In this document: in pieces, positions 59,958 to 64,000 of the stretch | Layout: every line of letters starts with the position of its first letter | How positions within the stretch are numbered: position 1 is the first letter of the stretch | DNA from: Nitrospinaceae bacterium | GTDB taxonomy: Bacteria; Nitrospinota; Nitrospinia; Nitrospinales; VA-1 | Assembly: GCA_029261455.1 (NCBI GenBank) | Contig: JAJDBH010000210.1 | Span: 136-64,135 of the forward strand | Reading direction: 5' to 3' | Length of the DNA stretch: 64,000 bases | Position numbers and translations under genes: made by a program | The notes under the pieces: generated by a model | Seen by the model: the letters and a program-made list of their open reading frames with translations, nothing else | What the model was told of the DNA's origin: nothing | Database searches by the model: none

Positions 59958-62093
59958 ATGAAGAAAATAATTCTACTGGGATTCATTGTCGGTTTTTTAT
60001 GGGCATTTTCCCACTATGACCTTGGCCATTACCTGACCCTGGAATACATAAAAGGGCAACAAGCTGATTTCGCTGCCTTCTATAAAGAAAATACTCTATT
60101 AGCGATTGGTGCTTATAGCGCAGTCTATATTGTGAGCACGGCTCTTTCTCTGCCTGGCGCCGCCCTTCTCACCCTACTTGGCGGTGCTTTGTTTGGATTG
60201 GTCACAGGAACGATTCTGGTTTCCTTTGCCAGCACTATCGGGGCGACACTTGCTTTTCTTGTTTCGCGTTTGTTACTGCGGGACTGGGTTCAAAACAAAT
60301 TTGGCAGTTTCTTGAAATCGTTTAATGAAGGCATCGAAAAAGACGGAGTATTTTATTTGTTCACACTCCGGTTAATTCCGGCCGTTCCATTCTTCGTCAT
60401 TAATCTTGTCATGGGTTTGACTCCCATGAAAGCAGGAGCATTTTTTCTGGTGAGCCAGATAGGAATGCTGGCAGGCACCATTGTTTTTGTAAATGCCGGA
60501 ACACAGCTCGCTCAAATCGAATCTTTAAGCGGTATTCTCTCTCCAGGCATTATCTTTTCATTTGTCCTGTTGGGGATTTTTCCATTGCTGGCTAAAAAGA
60601 TTGTCGGTTTCTATAAAGGAAGAAATATTTTGAAGAAGTTCAAAAAACCAAAATCTTTCGATTACAACATGGTAGTTATTGGTGCCGGGTCAGCCGGTTT
60701 GGTCACCAGCTACATTGGAGCGGCAACCAAAGGAAAAGTTGCATTAATAGAAAGACATAAAATGGGCGGAGATTGCTTGAACACAGGATGTGTTCCAAGT
60801 AAAGCTCTCATCCGTTCGTCCAAGTTTATGGCGGATGCTAAAAAATGTCAGAAGCTCGGATTCAAAAGTGCCCAGATTGAATTTGATTTTGCCGATGTAA
60901 TGGAACGGGTTCAACGAGTCATTAAAACCATTGAGCCGCACGACTCCATCGAACGCTACACTTCTCTGGGAGTCGAATGTCACACAGGTGAAGCCAAGAT
61001 ATTGTCTCCCTATGAAGTTTCAGTGAATGGTAAAACTCTCACCACAAGGAATATTGTGATTGGAACCGGAGCGCGCCCTGCCATTCCTCCGATTGAAGGC
61101 ATTGAAAATGTCGACTATCTAACTTCTGATACCATTTGGAATATTCGCAAACAGCCAGACAAACTACTTGTACTGGGCGGGGGACCTATCGGCTCCGAAC
61201 TGACCCAGGCCTTTGCTCGGCTGGGGAGCTCCGTAACTCAGGTTCAGCGCAACAAGCGGTTAATTCCTAAAGAAGACCCTGAGGTATCACAAATGCTTTT
61301 GGAAAGTTTCCAGAGCGAAGGAATCAATGTATTGACAGCACATACTCCCAAAAGATTTTTCAAACGCGATGGAAAAGATTTTCTTGAGTGTGAGAATAGC
61401 GGAAACTCTGTCGAAGTCGAGTTCGACACTCTTTTGGTAGCATTGGGAAGAAAGGCCAATACAACAGGGTTTGGGTTGGAGGAACTCGGCATTGAATTAA
61501 CCCCTCAAAAAACGATACGGGTTGACCCCTATATGAAAACCAACATTCCCAATATATACGCATGCGGTGATGTTGCAGGCCCCTATCAGTTTACCCACAC
61601 TGCCGCCCATCAGGCGTGGTACTGCGCGGTTAACTCGATGATAAGTCCTTTCTTTGGTTTTAAAGTCGATTACAGCACTGTCCCATGGTCAACCTTCACC
61701 GACCCTGAAGTAGCCCGATCTGGATTGAATGAGCAGGAAGCCAAAGAACAGGGAATAGCCTACGAAGTCACAACTTATGGAATCGATGATCTGGACCGAG
61801 CCATTGCAGATGAAGCGGCGCATGGAATTGTTAAGGTATTGACGGTCCCCGGAAAAGACAAAATCATAGGTGTCACCATTGCGGGACTACACGCCGGAGA
61901 TATCATTGCAGAGTATGTTGCCGCGATGAAAAACGGATTTGGAATGAACGCAATCCTGGGCACGATTCATATCTATCCCACACTGGCAGAGTCGAATAAG
62001 TTTGCGGCAGGCAATTGGAAAAAAAACAACGTAAAGGAAAGCACTTTGGCTTGGGGGGAGAGAATCAATCGATGGCGAAGGGACTACTTTTAG
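59958..62093 (+). CDS. TVP38/VTT (DedA-superfamily) membrane domain fused to class-I pyridine nucleotide-disulfide oxidoreductase
   Basis: LSLPGA..LRLIP..PF; GAGSAG, GGDCLNTGCVPSK, GGGPIG, HIYPT. Confidence 0.9.
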   Translation: MKKIILLGFIVGFLWAFSHYDLGHYLTLEYIKGQQADFAAFYKENTLLAIGAYSAVYIVSTALSLPGAALLTLLGGALFGLVTGTILVSFASTIGATLAFLVSRLLLRDWVQNKFGSFLKSFNEGIEKDGVFYLFTLRLIPAVPFFVINLVMGLTPMKAGAFFLVSQIGMLAGTIVFVNAGTQLAQIESLSGILSPGIIFSFVLLGIFPLLAKKIVGFYKGRNILKKFKKPKSFDYNMVVIGAGSAGLVTSYIGAATKGKVALIERHKMGGDCLNTGCVPSKALIRSSKFMADAKKCQKLGFKSAQIEFDFADVMERVQRVIKTIEPHDSIERYTSLGVECHTGEAKILSPYEVSVNGKTLTTRNIVIGTGARPAIPPIEGIENVDYLTSDTIWNIRKQPDKLLVLGGGPIGSELTQAFARLGSSVTQVQRNKRLIPKEDPEVSQMLLESFQSEGINVLTAHTPKRFFKRDGKDFLECENSGNSVEVEFDTLLVALGRKANTTGFGLEELGIELTPQKTIRVDPYMKTNIPNIYACGDVAGPYQFTHTAAHQAWYCAVNSMISPFFGFKVDYSTVPWSTFTDPEVARSGLNEQEAKEQGIAYEVTTYGIDDLDRAIADEAAHGIVKVLTVPGKDKIIGVTIAGLHAGDIIAEYVAAMKNGFGMNAILGTIHIYPTLAESNKFAAGNWKKNNVKESTLAWGERINRWRRDYF

Positions 62094-62683
62094 GTAGTTT
62101 TAGTGGTCTTCTCTTCAGGTACCTGCAAATCTCGAATTAGAACTTCAACCGCCTTTTTTGCATGCACTGCACTGAACGGTGAATTATTCACTTGGGCCAT
62201 AGTGATCGCTCCTTCTAATAAAATAATAATTTGTTCAGATAGTTGATCCGCTCCTTGCAATGGCGCATTTTCAACAAGGACTTTGATATAACCGAGCATT
62301 AATCCTTTCGCTTCCTGACAAAAATTCCGGATCGGTGTGCCCTCATCCGGATACTCCCCCATAGCCCCCACAAACATGCACCCAAAAAAGTCATCTTTGC
62401 TAAACCATTCTTCCAACACATCAAAAACTACAAGTAAACGTTCTATAGGGCTAGTTGTTCTAGTTTCAACGGCTTTCATAAAGTCATTTCGAAATCGTTC
62501 ATCATAGTATCTAAGGGACGCTAAAATAAGCTCTTCTTTCGACTTAAAGTGGTGGTAGAGCGTTTTTTTAGTGACGCCTGCCCTTTCTGAAATAGAGTCA
62601 ACCCCCACCCCATGAAATCCATTCCGGGCAAATAACACCACCGCAGCTTGAAGCAATTGTTCACGTTTTGATGGTTGTGCCAA
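62090..62683 (-). CDS. TetR family transcriptional regulator
   Basis: LFARNGFHG...AGVTKKTLYHHFKSKEEL; C-domain GC motif. Confidence 0.93.
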   Translation of the reverse strand: MAQPSKREQLLQAAVVLFARNGFHGVGVDSISERAGVTKKTLYHHFKSKEELILASLRYYDERFRNDFMKAVETRTTSPIERLLVVFDVLEEWFSKDDFFGCMFVGAMGEYPDEGTPIRNFCQEAKGLMLGYIKVLVENAPLQGADQLSEQIIILLEGAITMAQVNNSPFSAVHAKKAVEVLIRDLQVPEEKTTKTT

Positions 62684-62708
62684 TATATTTAATCCTTCTC
62701 AACCTAAC

Positions 62709-62726
62709 TATACAAATCAGTTTATA
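62709..62726. promoter_or_regulatory. Candidate TetR operator 1
   Basis: TATACAAATCAGTTTATA, imperfect palindrome, 15/18 identical to 62851-62868. Confidence 0.6.
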
Positions 62727-62850
62727 ATTTATAACATATCACAAGATTTAACCTTCACATCTTCTAAGCTATTAAAAATAATAACACATAACTTATTATA
62801 TTTAATGGACTTATATTGTTATTTTAAAATGTAAGGAAACCAGACCGAAG

Positions 62851-62868
62851 TATACCAATCTGTGTATA
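62851..62868. promoter_or_regulatory. Candidate TetR operator 2
   Basis: TATACCAATCTGTGTATA upstream of the YHS gene. Confidence 0.6.
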
Positions 62869-62916
62869 TTTTATCAGGATATTTTAATATTCAAACTAAT
62901 TCAAGGAGAGTAAGTC

Positions 62917-63396
62917 ATGAATTCCAGCTTTAAACGTGGCACCCGTTTTTTTGCAATGATTTCGTTATTAGTCGCTTTCTTAGCCACTGGCGCGTCAGCA
63001 AATACGATGAATGGAACAGAAATTTCGGCCCCAGTAATGGGTGGATACGACCCTGTCTCATATTTTAATCAGGGCAAACCCATGCGAGGGAACGGCTACC
63101 ATACAGCAACTTACAACGGCGGAACTTATTTGTTTGCCAATAAAGAAAACAAAGAAATGTTCACTTCCAACCCAGGGAAATATGCACCTCAATTTGGCGG
63201 TTATTGCGCCTATGGTGTGGCAGTTGGTAAAAAGTTTTATTCCGACCCGATCATCTGGAAAGTGGTCGATGGCAAACTGTATTTAAACCTGGATAAAAAA
63301 ATTCAGAAAAAATGGAATGCAGATATGAAGAGTCACATTGTAAAGGCTCATTCCAATTGGAAGGACATTACTCACAAACTTCCATCAGAGCTTTAA
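62917..63396 (+). CDS. Exported YHS-domain protein
   Basis: GYDPVSYF, YLFAN..N..F..NP.KYAPQFGGYCAYG, DGKLYLN. Confidence 0.9.
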   Translation: MNSSFKRGTRFFAMISLLVAFLATGASANTMNGTEISAPVMGGYDPVSYFNQGKPMRGNGYHTATYNGGTYLFANKENKEMFTSNPGKYAPQFGGYCAYGVAVGKKFYSDPIIWKVVDGKLYLNLDKKIQKKWNADMKSHIVKAHSNWKDITHKLPSEL

Positions 63397-63420
63397 TTGG
63401 ATTTCTGAAAAACACAAAAG

Positions 63421-63458
63421 GGGGTCTGGGTTTTAACTCATAAAGAAACCCAGACTCC
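63421..63458. terminator. Long inverted repeat downstream of the YHS gene
   Basis: GGGGTCTGGGTTT / AAACCCAGACTCC 13-bp stem; no clear U tract. Confidence 0.45.
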
Positions 63459-63511
63459 TGCTACACCTCAAAATGTAAAACGAACAATCTATAAATTCGA
63501 AAGGAAAAATC

Positions 63512-63805
63512 ATGAAATCAGAAAATCTAGTTGGAACAGACGCAGAACACCCCGCATCGGGAACAGTCAAAGTCGAAGAAGGAACTGTTTTGCTGGAGAA
63601 CGTTGAAATCACCGAAGTTCCTGATGGAAGAGTTATTCTAGCCAAAGATTTTGACGAGAAAACAGGAGTCAGCCTGGGGAAACTTCAGGGATTTAATGGT
63701 AGTCACCAATATCCGATTCCAGAAGGAACAAACCTTAATGACTTCAATACTGTTTTGATTTGGTGTGATCAGTTCAAGGTTCCAATCGGAAAGGCAGCAC
63801 TCTAA
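63512..63805 (+). CDS. DM13 domain protein
   Basis: PDGRVIL, LGKLQGFNGSHQYPIP, VLIWCDQFKVPIG.A. Confidence 0.85.
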   Translation: MKSENLVGTDAEHPASGTVKVEEGTVLLENVEITEVPDGRVILAKDFDEKTGVSLGKLQGFNGSHQYPIPEGTNLNDFNTVLIWCDQFKVPIGKAAL

Positions 63806-64000
63806 TTTCATTCTAGTAAATGGGAAGGGGGGGCTCGACTTTAAAAGAAATACTGAACCTCCCGCCTTTCTAAATCCCTTTAAAAAGATTACTTCTATGA
63901 AGGAAAGTTCTGATGAAACATAAATTGATATCAATTCTTACACTAATTTTTATGTCCATGGGTTTTTCTGGGGTTGCAACTAGCGCAGAGATGAAACCTG

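Noticed and set aside
59958..62093. Mercuric reductase merA
   Set aside because: No C-terminal Cys-Cys, no NmerA domain and no mer genes nearby.
62917..63396. Selenoprotein (YHS family)
   Set aside because: The GGYC position is a normal Cys codon and there is no in-frame TGA.

Overview
A gene-dense bacterial chromosomal window of about 60 CDS and 2 tRNAs. The gene content (yggT-divIVA-yggU, many multiheme cytochromes, a pentapeptide protein) suggests a diderm, Nitrospina/delta-like organism, but the taxonomy is only an inference. Housekeeping genes include asnS, mtnA, exbBD, bamD, a group-2 sigma factor, plsY, tRNA-Gly/tRNA-Cys, ftsY, cbiX and tdh-kbl. Four things stand out. (1) A 7-gene minus-strand cluster (31284-41608) could form an envelope-spanning electron conduit: pentaheme lipoprotein, outer-membrane beta-barrel, tetraheme cytochrome, a tandem cNMP-binding/4x[4Fe-4S] protein, a di-heme-b-like membrane protein, a membrane-anchored decaheme cytochrome and a membrane-anchored FNR-[2Fe-2S] reductase. 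(2) A compact putative sphingolipid operon (41837-47228): desaturase, Spt, CerS-like GNAT, SDR and CDP-alcohol phosphotransferase. (3) Two HpnJ-like B12 radical SAM paralogs plus a small membrane protein, all three carrying a half GT9-like domain (14789-18930). (4) A roughly 80-bp dispersed repeat in four copies, three of them abutting stop codons. There are also two small AT-rich insertions, a degraded FGE/SUMF1 pseudogene and a pair of candidate TetR operators. All calls come from reading motifs by eye; no searches were run.
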